DNA from: Myxococcota bacterium
Lineage (GTDB): Bacteria > Myxococcota_A > UBA796 > GCA-2862545
NCBI GenBank assembly: GCA_039208735.1
Contig: JBCCQY010000115.1
Location: 1 to 28,657, forward strand
Length of the DNA: 28,657 nucleotides
Direction: 5' to 3'
The notes under the pieces were generated by a model, which did not search any database, was not told the origin of the DNA, and was given only the letters and a program-made list of their open reading frames with translations. Each line of letters begins with the position of its first letter. Position 1 is the stretch's first letter. Position numbers and translations under genes: made by a program. Shown here one piece after another: positions 8,228 to 16,400 of the stretch.

Positions 8228-8917
8228 GTGGCACGGGTGCTACTCATCGATGACGACGCCGCCCTGCTCGATGTACTGGCGCTGGCGGTGCAAGATGGCG
8301 GGCATGAACCGCTGACCGCCCCCGATGGGCATGCGGGCTACCAAGCGGTGGCCCAACAGACGCCGGATCTGGTGGTCAGTGACGTCAACATGCCAGGGAT
8401 CGACGGCTTTTCCCTCTGTCGGCGGCTTCGCGACGATGGGGTCACGGTGCCGATCATCTTGCTCACGGCCCGGGACGGCGAGATCGACGAGGCGTTGGGG
8501 TTGGAACTCGGGGCCGATGACTACATGATCAAGCCGTTCAAGCCTCGCATCTTGTTGGCTCGGATCGAAGCCCTCCTACGACGTGAGCGGCTCCGCACGG
8601 ATCAAGAGCCGCCAGAGCGTTTGGTCCAGGGTGCGCTAGAACTCGATGCGGGCCGGCTCGAGGCGAGGTTTGCGGGCCGGGTGTTCGAGACGACGGTGAC
8701 CGAGTTCCGGCTTCTTCAAGCCCTCGCCAAAGCGCCCGGCATCGTGTTTTCTCGGACCCAACTCCTCGAGAAGATGCGGGGGGACGACAGTGTGGTGGTG
8801 GAGCGGTTGGTCGACACCTATGTGCGCCGACTCCGTCGCAAAATCGAGTCGATCGACCCGTCCTTCAACGGCATCGAGACCGTGATTGGGGCCGGCTACC
8901 GATGGCGTGATTCGTGA
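8228..8917 (+). CDS. OmpR-family response regulator, ChvI-like
   Basis: Receiver motifs IDDD, SDVNMPG, LTA and KPF; winged helix with TVTEFRLL and LVDTYVRRLRRKI...IETVIGAGYRW. Start is GTG 8228 or TTG 8225. Confidence 0.93.
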   Translation: MARVLLIDDDAALLDVLALAVQDGGHEPLTAPDGHAGYQAVAQQTPDLVVSDVNMPGIDGFSLCRRLRDDGVTVPIILLTARDGEIDEALGLELGADDYMIKPFKPRILLARIEALLRRERLRTDQEPPERLVQGALELDAGRLEARFAGRVFETTVTEFRLLQALAKAPGIVFSRTQLLEKMRGDDSVVVERLVDTYVRRLRRKIESIDPSFNGIETVIGAGYRWRDS

Positions 8918-10380
8918 TCGAGTTGCTGCGGGGGTTCGGCGAGTTGAGGAGCCTCCGTTACCGCGCGCTTGGGGTCGTGGTGCTGGTCGTGGTGCTCCCC
9001 TTGCTCTGGGTGTGGGCGGTGGGGCCGCTCGAGCAGAACATCGTGTTGAACCTGCGCAAGCGCCTGCGTGACGCGCTTTCCGAGGCGACCCTCGACGGGC
9101 TGGCCTCCTCGAATCGGCTGTCGGAGATCGCGCGAACCCATCGCATCCGCCTGCGGGTGATCGGGCCAGATGGTGCGGTACTCGAAGACTTTGATGAAGT
9201 CGTCAACCAGGACGGTCTCCAAGCCGTCGCCGACCCGTTCTTTGGCCCTGGAGGAGCGCCGACGCTGTCGGAGTTCGACGCTGACCAGCCGCCAGTCGGC
9301 GAGCGCAAGCTGGTTCGTGAAGCCACCGCCACCCCCACTGCATCCTGCCGCGTGGTCGAAAAGGGACTGTTGTTGGCTTGCTCAGCGACCCAGCGCCTTT
9401 CCGACGGGTCGCGGGTTCACGTCATGCGGGGCTCGCCCCGGCTCGTGCGGTCGCTGTACGAAGAGCGCTTTCAGCTGACTGCGGTGACCTTGACGGTCCT
9501 GGGCATCGGCGTGATCGTGGCCGGATGGCTGTCGTGGCGCATGGTGGGCCCCATCGAACAGCTGCGGGATCAAGTGATGGCCCGCACCGAGGGCACCGTG
9601 TCGACCGAGCCCATCCAGGTGGGGCAGGACGACGAGTTTGGACAGTTGGCACGGGCCTTCAATGCGCTCTTAGGGGCGCTCGATGACCGCAATCGGGCCA
9701 ACGCGGAGTTTGCCGCGGATCTCGCCCATGAACTCAAGAATCCCGTCGCTGCAGTGAGGGCCGCCGCCGAGGCACTCGGACCCGGATCGCAAGTTGATGA
9801 GGAACGTCGCCAACGGCTGTTTCGGGTGCTTGACGCCTCGGCGGGACGGCTCGAAGAAGTGATCGGGCAGTTCCTAGACCTGGCTCGCGCGGAAGCCGGG
9901 CTGCCCGACACCGAACGAGAACTCGTCGATCTCCGCGCGTTGGCCGAGGGCGTGATCAGCGTCTACCGCGCCGATGAACGACACAATGGGCTGACGTTTA
10001 CCGTCCAAGGTCCATCGGAGACGGTTTGGGCCGCCGCCGAACGCCTCGAAACCGCCGTCCACAACCTCGTGTCCAATGCGGCCGAGTTTGCCGCACGTTT
10101 CGAGCGCAAACAAGGACCTGCCGTGGGCATCACCATCGAGGCGACCGCGGCCCAGGCCATCCTGCGCGTGAGCGACACCGGACCTGGGATTCCGCTAGCC
10201 GACCGGGAGCGGGTGTTCGATCGCTACGTCACCACACGCGAGAACGGGACAGGACTTGGTCTGGCATTGACCAAGGCCATCGTTCACGCGCACGGGGGCA
10301 CGATCGAGTTGGAAGGACCGCCTGAGGGAGGCACCACCATGGTGGTGCGGCTTCCTCGAGGAAGTCAGGCCACTTCTTGA
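8914..10380 (+). CDS. Membrane sensor histidine kinase with HAMP domain, ChvG/CreC-like
   Basis: Two TM segments, HAMP (DEFGQLARAFN), H-box DLAHELKNP, N-box NLVSNA, G1 DTGPGI, G2 GTGLGL. GTGA overlap with the regulator. Confidence 0.94.
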   Translation: MIELLRGFGELRSLRYRALGVVVLVVVLPLLWVWAVGPLEQNIVLNLRKRLRDALSEATLDGLASSNRLSEIARTHRIRLRVIGPDGAVLEDFDEVVNQDGLQAVADPFFGPGGAPTLSEFDADQPPVGERKLVREATATPTASCRVVEKGLLLACSATQRLSDGSRVHVMRGSPRLVRSLYEERFQLTAVTLTVLGIGVIVAGWLSWRMVGPIEQLRDQVMARTEGTVSTEPIQVGQDDEFGQLARAFNALLGALDDRNRANAEFAADLAHELKNPVAAVRAAAEALGPGSQVDEERRQRLFRVLDASAGRLEEVIGQFLDLARAEAGLPDTERELVDLRALAEGVISVYRADERHNGLTFTVQGPSETVWAAAERLETAVHNLVSNAAEFAARFERKQGPAVGITIEATAAQAILRVSDTGPGIPLADRERVFDRYVTTRENGTGLGLALTKAIVHAHGGTIELEGPPEGGTTMVVRLPRGSQATS

Positions 10381-10781
10381 GTGGCCGCGGCGGCTTCCGC
10401 CCGGTTCCGCGCCTCTTCCTTGAACAAACGCATTTCCGCGATGAGCGACTTGCGGTTGATTTCAGGAAGGTGTGGGAGCGCTGATGCGACCTCAGACAGG
10501 ACCTCAGCGCACTCGTCGTCGAGTCCCATGGCGCGGTCGGGATTTTCACGATCCCAAACCTCGTCCTTGGTGACGGGCTTCCAGAACACGACGTCGATGC
10601 GGTAGCCCAAGGCTCCTGCCCAAGCGACTAGTTGCTCGACGCGCAAGCTGCGAAGCCCGCGTTCCAGTCGCGACACAGCCGAAATGGACGAGCCAACCGC
10701 CTTCGCGACGATGTCTTGAGGCGCCCTCTGGGCTCGGCGCATGGCGCGGAGCCGCGAAGCGACCTGCTTACCGAAAGACAT
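10365..10781 (-). CDS. XRE-family helix-turn-helix transcriptional regulator
   Basis: LRAMRRAQRAPQDIVAKAVGSSISAVSRLERG..L HTH; GGAGG RBS; acidic helical C-terminal extension. Confidence 0.88.
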   Translation of the reverse strand: MSFGKQVASRLRAMRRAQRAPQDIVAKAVGSSISAVSRLERGLRSLRVEQLVAWAGALGYRIDVVFWKPVTKDEVWDRENPDRAMGLDDECAEVLSEVASALPHLPEINRKSLIAEMRLFKEEARNRAEAAAATQEVA

Positions 10782-10878
10782 TCGTTCCTCCAGGAAGAAA
10801 CCAGGGATGGGCCTGATTCTCCACGTGGTACCTCTTCACGGCCAGTTTTGATATCACGACAAAGATGAGCATCGCAAG

Positions 10879-10957
10879 AAAAAACGGGGACTCGCCAGGA
10901 TCGAGGAGCGTGCTCGTCGGGAAGGATGACCGCGCAAAACCCTCGGCGAGTCCCCGT
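10879..10957 (-). terminator. Large inverted repeat followed by a U-tract (terminator-like or structured RNA)
   Basis: ACGGGGACTCGCC (10884-10896) and GGCGAGTCCCCGT (10945-10957) are perfect reverse complements. The A6 run at 10879-10884 reads as a U-tract on the minus strand. The element starts 1 nt after the stop of the 10959-11438 gene. The 48-nt loop is atypical for a terminator. Confidence 0.55.
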
Positions 10958-10958
10958 G

Positions 10959-11438
10959 TCAACGACGCACGGATTGCGCTTCACGAACCTGATCGCGAAG
11001 CACTTGGACCGACGTCAAATCTCGTCGCCGCAGGGGGTCGACAAGTTCACGGGAACCCAAACCGAGATCCTCTCTCCTCGAAGGGGCCACGCTTACCACA
11101 GTGAACAACGACGTCCAGCTTGGCTGTCCCCGATCGTCGAGAAAGATCACGACCTCGTCACCTCGAGACCAAAGGGGAAGGCCAGAAACGCGCTGGGTCA
11201 ATCCGCCGGATCGCCCCCCGGGCAAGACGAACTCGATCGCCCCTCTGGCATCTCCGCGCCAGGTTTCCGTCACAGAGACCTGGTACGTCGTGCACAATCC
11301 CAATGCACAGGGTTCGCTTTGGGTACCCATCACGATCCCTTCCACCACAGCCGCACTGCGACGGTTCAAGGCTTCGATGGTGGGAACGTCCACGAATGTG
11401 GAAGCGTGTGCCATCGAAACGAACAGCCATCCGGTCAT
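10959..11438 (-). CDS. Putative secreted protein translationally coupled to the matrixin protease
   Basis: Signal-like MTGWLFVSMAHA; beta-rich body with VVEGIV, VSVTETWRG, LPGG and GDEVVIFL; ATGA overlap with the protease stop; GAGGT RBS. Confidence 0.8.
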   Translation of the reverse strand: MTGWLFVSMAHASTFVDVPTIEALNRRSAAVVEGIVMGTQSEPCALGLCTTYQVSVTETWRGDARGAIEFVLPGGRSGGLTQRVSGLPLWSRGDEVVIFLDDRGQPSWTSLFTVVSVAPSRREDLGLGSRELVDPLRRRDLTSVQVLRDQVREAQSVRR

Positions 11439-12136
11439 GGTTCACCTCGGCGGTAGAGGAAGGCCAGCGTGAGGAGCCCGGCCCATGACGCTCCGGTCGG
11501 ACCAACCGCGATGGCATTGCAGCCGCTCGACGACTCATCGGTCGCACCGGTGTCCTCTGGGGCCGCGGGCGGCGAATCATATAGGTAGCGAGCGGCTTCC
11601 TGGTCATCGCTGTCGAGGACCCGTCGCTGGACGTCCCCCGGCTCGTGCTTGGCGAACATGGTCGCTTCGGCGACTTCGCTATGACCAATGCCCAGTACGT
11701 GTCCCACTTCGTGGGTGATCGCAGCTTGCAGATCGAACGCGTCCTTCGCGCCGGTGGTCGACCACGGAATGGTGGCATTGATGTAGATGTCGTACTGAAC
11801 GATGTGGCCTGCGTCGTCCGCCCAGGACGTGGTAATGGCCAGTGCTTCATTGCCGGCAGGCCAGTCCGTGGTGAAGAAGACGAGATTTTCGTCGTCGAGG
11901 GCGACCTCGGGAGCGAGCGACGAGGTTTGTTTCTCAGCGAAGACATAGGCGTCGTCGACGTTGGCCCAGGCATCGAAGGAGGCGTCAATCGCCGTTTCAA
12001 GCCCATTTAGGTTCGGGGCGTCGCCTTCGACCCAAGCGTAGGTGACGGGCATCTCGAAGAAGCGCATTTCCTCACCCGTGGGCAAGGTTTGCACCTCGAA
12101 GGCGAGCGCGAGGCTCGTCCAAACGATCGTCGTCAT
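11435..12136 (-). CDS. Matrixin-family (M10, metzincin) zinc metalloprotease with MYXO-CTERM-like tail
   Basis: HExxHxxGxxH motif HEVGHVLGIGH, Met-turn ATMFA, signal-like MTTIVWTSLALA, and C-terminal SSGC...WAGLLTLAFLYRR. AAGGA precedes ATG 12136. Confidence 0.9.
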   Translation of the reverse strand: MTTIVWTSLALAFEVQTLPTGEEMRFFEMPVTYAWVEGDAPNLNGLETAIDASFDAWANVDDAYVFAEKQTSSLAPEVALDDENLVFFTTDWPAGNEALAITTSWADDAGHIVQYDIYINATIPWSTTGAKDAFDLQAAITHEVGHVLGIGHSEVAEATMFAKHEPGDVQRRVLDSDDQEAARYLYDSPPAAPEDTGATDESSSGCNAIAVGPTGASWAGLLTLAFLYRRGEP

Positions 12137-12309
12137 TGCGATTTCCTTCGCCGCGCCCCCAAGCCGGGGGATGACCCCGTTGTCGGTCCGGACCAATTTT
12201 CGTTTGAGGCGAGCGACGGTTCGGAGCTGGGGGACGGTTAATGAACCAGCGGAACCAACGGGCTTCGACCTCGCCGTGGAGCCACGCGGCGACTTTTCGA
12301 GCGTGACCC

Positions 12310-15300
12310 TTGTTCAACGGTTTTTCCCGCGAAGCGGCTTTGTGGACGTTCGATGCCGCTACGACATCGAACCCGGCCTGGCGTCGCGATGCGGCAGAGG
12401 CCCTGCGCGCGGAGGCACGAAAGACAAGCACGCCCCTGCGCTTGGTCGCACGCCAGGTCGAACCGGTGGGCGATGCGGGCGAGGGGCTGTTCCGCTTGCA
12501 TACCGCGGCGCATGCCCCCTTCGACTGGACCTGGGAAGGTGCGGCCGCCTACCAGCTTCGCGATCCGGACGACCCCACGGATCGGACGTGGTCGGGCGAA
12601 GTTGTCCAGGTCGATGAAGACCGAGGTCAGATCTACCTGTCCCTGACGTTCGGAGCGCTGTGCGAAGGACCGTTTTGGATCCGACCGTTTGGGTTCCTCG
12701 ACGCCTTGGTTGCGCTTTTCCGTCAATCCGAACGTGCACCCGCCACCGCGCAAGGCTTGGACGTTGCGTTGCTTGCCTCGCTGGGGCGAGGACCCAAGGC
12801 CACGACTTCCGGGGAGTCCACCAGTTGGCACCATCCGTGGGGCATTTTGTGGGGGCCACCCGGCACGGGCAAAACCTACTCGATCGGTCGCCAAGTGGCG
12901 CGGGTTCTCCGCCGTGATGACGAACGCATTCTCGTGGTCAGCACGACAAATCGCGCCACTGACGCCGCGGCTCTGCACATCGCAGACGCGCTGCGCGACC
13001 GTGGGTTGCCGCTCGACTTGGTGCGCCGGGTCGGGGCGGCCGCCTCGTTGCATCGTTTTGAGGCCCGGGGGGCTGCGGAACTCGTAGCGGGTGCCGAGGC
13101 GTTTGGACGTCGGCAATTGGCCCGATTGCTCGAGGCACGGCGCACCCATTCGGACCCTGAGGCACGCGCCCGGCTCACCGTCCAGCTCAATGCGACGCGG
13201 CAAGCCATTCGGGAGGCTGCCGGTGCCTTCTTGGACCCACGGCATCGCGTTGTGGTGTGTACGGCGTTTCATGCTCTGCAGAAGACGGTTGATGCGCAGA
13301 TCGCCGCGCTCCGGAGTGCCCAGCGGGCTCCCTTCACCACCGTCGTGATCGATGAAGCGGGCCTTACGAATCGTGCGGTGACCGCCGCATTGGCCCAACT
13401 CGCCGCCCGTCGGGTGTGGCTTGTCGGAGATCCCCGTCAACTCGCTCCGATCGCCCGGGTCGCCCGGGTGCTGCCGTCCTCACAAGCGAGATGGCTCGCC
13501 TCGAGCGGGTTGTCGCACCTTGACCCCGCCAAACCCGTGCCCCCGAACGTCGACGTGCTCACGGTGCAGCATCGGATGGGACCCGCCATTCGCAAGGTGG
13601 TTAGCCACTATGCGTACGAAGGGCGTCTCACCGACGCGGACTCCGTGCTTCACCGCACGTTTGCGGCCGATGGGCGCTTGCTCGCCGAGCCACGCGCCCT
13701 TTGGTACGTCCTCGATGAAGACACGGGAGGGCGGCTCGCCGATATCCGTGCGGAGCGCGGCCCCGGTCATCGCAGCTGGGTGAGGCGACGAACCCAAGCC
13801 GTTCTGCAACGGTTCTTGCAGGCCCATCCTGCCCTCGCGCAACATCGAGCGTTGGTGATGACGCCGTTCAAGGCCCAGGCCCGCGCACTCGACCGGTGGC
13901 TGTCGGAGCGGGGCCTCGCCACCTGGGAGGCATGCACCGTCCATGCACAGCAAGGGGCGGAGGCGCCCTTGGTCTTCTTCGATCCGGTGAATGCAGGGAG
14001 CACCGCCTGGGGCCCGGCGGAGTGGCGGCGCCTCGTGAATGTGGCGTTGAGCCGAGCCCAACATCAGTTGGTGGTCCTTGCGAGCCGACTCGAGATGCAG
14101 GAGCCCTACCTAAGGCCGCTCGCGGACCACCTCGCTCCTCGCGTCCTCGAGGGCCATGGCACGTCGTGGACCTACCGAGCCGTGCCTGGCGTGTCGGGGC
14201 CCATCGAGACGCTGGTGGCGGCTGAGGCGCCGCTTGGCGCGCAATTCGCCGCCCGACGGACGCTGAAGCCCGTGTTGTCGCGCGAACAAGAGCGGCTTTG
14301 CGCCATGCCCCTCGATGGTCGCCCCCGGCTCGTGCGAGGGGTCGCGGGCAGTGGCAAGACCTGGGTGTTGGGGCATTGGCTGGCCCGAACCCTGCGCGAG
14401 AATGGAACGGGGCGCGCATTCGTTGTGTTCGCCAATCGGGCGCTGCAAGGGTTGCTGGCCTCGATCATCACCGAGGCATGGTCCGAACTCGAGCCCACCC
14501 GACCGCTTCCGGTGGAGCGCTTCGTGCTTTGGCACATTCGCGACTTGCTCGACGAGCTTTTGGTCGAGGAGGGCCTGCCCCCCGTCGAGGGCTACGACTT
14601 CGATGCCGCGACCACGACGTACCTAGCGGCGGTCCCCGATTGGGCGAATCGGCCGCGTTGTGCGTCGTTGTTTGTCGATGAAGCGCAAGATCTCGGTCCC
14701 ATGACCCTTCGTTTGCTCACCGGGTTGGTGCGCCCTGCCACGCCGCGCGCCACCCAGCGGCCCATCCACATCTTCTACGACAACGCCCAAGACCTCTACG
14801 GACGCGGCATGCCGCGGTGGTCAGACCTCGGCATTGCCATTCGCGGCCGCACGACGGTCCTTCAGGAGTCGTTTCGCGGCACACGTCCCATCGCTGAGTT
14901 CGCATTGAACACGCTCGGCCAACTCGTCGACCTCGACCGAGACCCCGATCATCGGGAACTTCTGGAGCGAGGGCTGGTGTGGCAGGACGATGGCGTGCTT
15001 CGCGTCGGGTTCAACCAAAGCGACGGCCCTCGGCCGACCTTTGCCGTCTTCGACGATCGGATCGACGAGTGTGAAGCACTGGGCGACCAGATCCTCGAAT
15101 GGCTGCAACGCGAGGCCATTCGGCCGTGTGACATTCGGGTGCTCGCCAACTCGTCCGAGGTTCGTGAGGCGGTGGTCGACCATCTTGCCCCGCGACTGGC
15201 CCCGCTGGGAGTGGTCGTCGAGGCTCAAGCCCGCCAGACCCTCTCGACCGATGCTCGGACGCTCGTGGTGACGACAGCACATTCGTTCAAGGGTCATGAG

Positions 15301-15774
15301 GCCGAGATCATCGCCGTGCCGGGAGCCGACCGGTTCGTCGCGCGACGTTCCGCGAGTCCCCTGTTGGCGCGGGCCTTGTATGTGGCGCTGACGCGAGCCC
15401 GTTCGATCCTTTACGTGTCGGCCCGAACGCCGGTGGATGAGGTGGGTGCGGCCGCGTCGTCCCGCATCATCACCGCGTTGCGGCGGGCCCACGCCATCCC
15501 CGCGTCATCCCTCATCGCGTCCGACCTTCATCTCGTCGAGCGAGTCCCCACCGAACACCGCACGTGGTTTCGGAAGCTGGCCCGGCAGTTTCGCGTGACC
15601 GACGAGCCCATTCGTGACCGTCACGGCAGCATTGTTGCGCAGCCGCTGTTCGTCGTGCGTGACGGGGAGCGTCGTTTGGCCTGCTTTGGCCAGGCGGTGC
15701 CGCGCGCGGTGGTGGCGGACCTCGAAGATCACGGTGTGGAATTGATCGAACTTGGAGCGAGGTCCTTCGCGTAG
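12310..15774 (+). CDS. Tandem superfamily-1 helicase: Upf1/DNA2-like module fused to UvrD-like module
   Basis: Module 1: GPPGTGKT, STTNRATD, IDEAG, VGDPRQLAP, QHRM, TVHAQQGAE, NVALSRA. Module 2: LSREQ, GVAGSGKT, VDEAQD, YDNAQDLY, ESFRGT, TAHSFKGHE, YVALTRAR. The TTG start is uncertain. Confidence 0.9.
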   Translation: MFNGFSREAALWTFDAATTSNPAWRRDAAEALRAEARKTSTPLRLVARQVEPVGDAGEGLFRLHTAAHAPFDWTWEGAAAYQLRDPDDPTDRTWSGEVVQVDEDRGQIYLSLTFGALCEGPFWIRPFGFLDALVALFRQSERAPATAQGLDVALLASLGRGPKATTSGESTSWHHPWGILWGPPGTGKTYSIGRQVARVLRRDDERILVVSTTNRATDAAALHIADALRDRGLPLDLVRRVGAAASLHRFEARGAAELVAGAEAFGRRQLARLLEARRTHSDPEARARLTVQLNATRQAIREAAGAFLDPRHRVVVCTAFHALQKTVDAQIAALRSAQRAPFTTVVIDEAGLTNRAVTAALAQLAARRVWLVGDPRQLAPIARVARVLPSSQARWLASSGLSHLDPAKPVPPNVDVLTVQHRMGPAIRKVVSHYAYEGRLTDADSVLHRTFAADGRLLAEPRALWYVLDEDTGGRLADIRAERGPGHRSWVRRRTQAVLQRFLQAHPALAQHRALVMTPFKAQARALDRWLSERGLATWEACTVHAQQGAEAPLVFFDPVNAGSTAWGPAEWRRLVNVALSRAQHQLVVLASRLEMQEPYLRPLADHLAPRVLEGHGTSWTYRAVPGVSGPIETLVAAEAPLGAQFAARRTLKPVLSREQERLCAMPLDGRPRLVRGVAGSGKTWVLGHWLARTLRENGTGRAFVVFANRALQGLLASIITEAWSELEPTRPLPVERFVLWHIRDLLDELLVEEGLPPVEGYDFDAATTTYLAAVPDWANRPRCASLFVDEAQDLGPMTLRLLTGLVRPATPRATQRPIHIFYDNAQDLYGRGMPRWSDLGIAIRGRTTVLQESFRGTRPIAEFALNTLGQLVDLDRDPDHRELLERGLVWQDDGVLRVGFNQSDGPRPTFAVFDDRIDECEALGDQILEWLQREAIRPCDIRVLANSSEVREAVVDHLAPRLAPLGVVVEAQARQTLSTDARTLVVTTAHSFKGHEAEIIAVPGADRFVARRSASPLLARALYVALTRARSILYVSARTPVDEVGAAASSRIITALRRAHAIPASSLIASDLHLVERVPTEHRTWFRKLARQFRVTDEPIRDRHGSIVAQPLFVVRDGERRLACFGQAVPRAVVADLEDHGVELIELGARSFA

Positions 15775-16265
15775 TGCACGTCACAGCCACCGTGCCCCGT
15801 CTGCCCCCACGGACCGTCGAGTCGCCGAAAGCCGAACCGCTCATACAACGCTTGGGCCGAGGTCATGTTGCCCATCGTCTCGAGGTAGAGGTGGCGAAAT
15901 CCAGCCTTGCGCGCACCTTCGATGAGGTGCTGGAGCAATCGGCGTCCCAGACCTTGGCCGCGGACGCTCGCATAAAGGTACATCTTGCGAAGTTCTGCGA
16001 CGTCGGAAGGGCCGCCTTCAAGCGGGGCAAAGCCTCCGCCACCTACGATGTTGCCGCGTGCGTCTTCGATGACCACATAGGCGTGGCCTGGACCGGCGTA
16101 AGCCTCGGCCATCGCGTCCACTTCGGGGTCTGACAGCGCGAAACCTGGCCCTACGGCTCCGAATTCGGGCATCACGGTGTGGATGACCTCGCGAACTGCA
16201 GAATTGTCGGAAGTGGTCATCGAACGCAGGCGCAACGTTGCCCCCTGTGCGGGGCCGATCCGCAT
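15729..16265 (-). CDS. GNAT-family N-acetyltransferase, YjgM-like
   Basis: DNSAVREVI..VMPEFG, GGGGFAPL, ELRKMYL, RGQGLG, YLET, AQALYERFGF and TGHGGCD. Start is ATG 16265 or 16220. The 3' end overlaps the helicase 3' end by 46 nt. Confidence 0.9.
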   Translation of the reverse strand: MRIGPAQGATLRLRSMTTSDNSAVREVIHTVMPEFGAVGPGFALSDPEVDAMAEAYAGPGHAYVVIEDARGNIVGGGGFAPLEGGPSDVAELRKMYLYASVRGQGLGRRLLQHLIEGARKAGFRHLYLETMGNMTSAQALYERFGFRRLDGPWGQTGHGGCDVHYAKDLAPSSINSTP

Positions 16266-16303
16266 GGAAAGCCAGTTTCTGGTGTGCTTGAGGCCCGTCG
16301 TCC

Positions 16304-16319
16304 CTGCGTTGTAACGCAG
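16304..16319. promoter_or_regulatory. Palindrome in divergent intergenic region, candidate operator
   Basis: CTGCGTT-GT-AACGCAG has perfect 7-bp arms and lies between the GNAT and desaturase starts. Confidence 0.4.
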
Positions 16320-16357
16320 AGGCTGTGTTACCCCTCGATTAGACAGTGAGCGAACTG

Positions 16358-16371
16358 ACTGACCGGTCGGT
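16358..16371. promoter_or_regulatory. Near-palindrome, candidate TetR-type operator upstream of the desaturase
   Basis: ACTGACCGGTCGGT (one mismatched pair, perfect core GACCGGTC), about 30 nt before GTG 16401. Confidence 0.42.
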
Positions 16372-16400
16372 TTTTCTGACCGCATCAAGAGGAGTGACCC

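Noticed and set aside
10884..10957. SRP RNA or c-di-GMP-I riboswitch identity for the structured element
   Set aside because: The SRP core (CAGG...GGAA...AGCAG) is absent. Only a short CGCAAAAC resemblance to the GEMM motif exists, on the strand antisense to the flanking genes.
12137..15800. Helicase as part of a mobile element or defence island
   Set aside because: No integrase, transposase, att-like direct repeats or other recognisable defence genes flank it, and no compositional shift is obvious by eye. A defence role remains a hypothesis.
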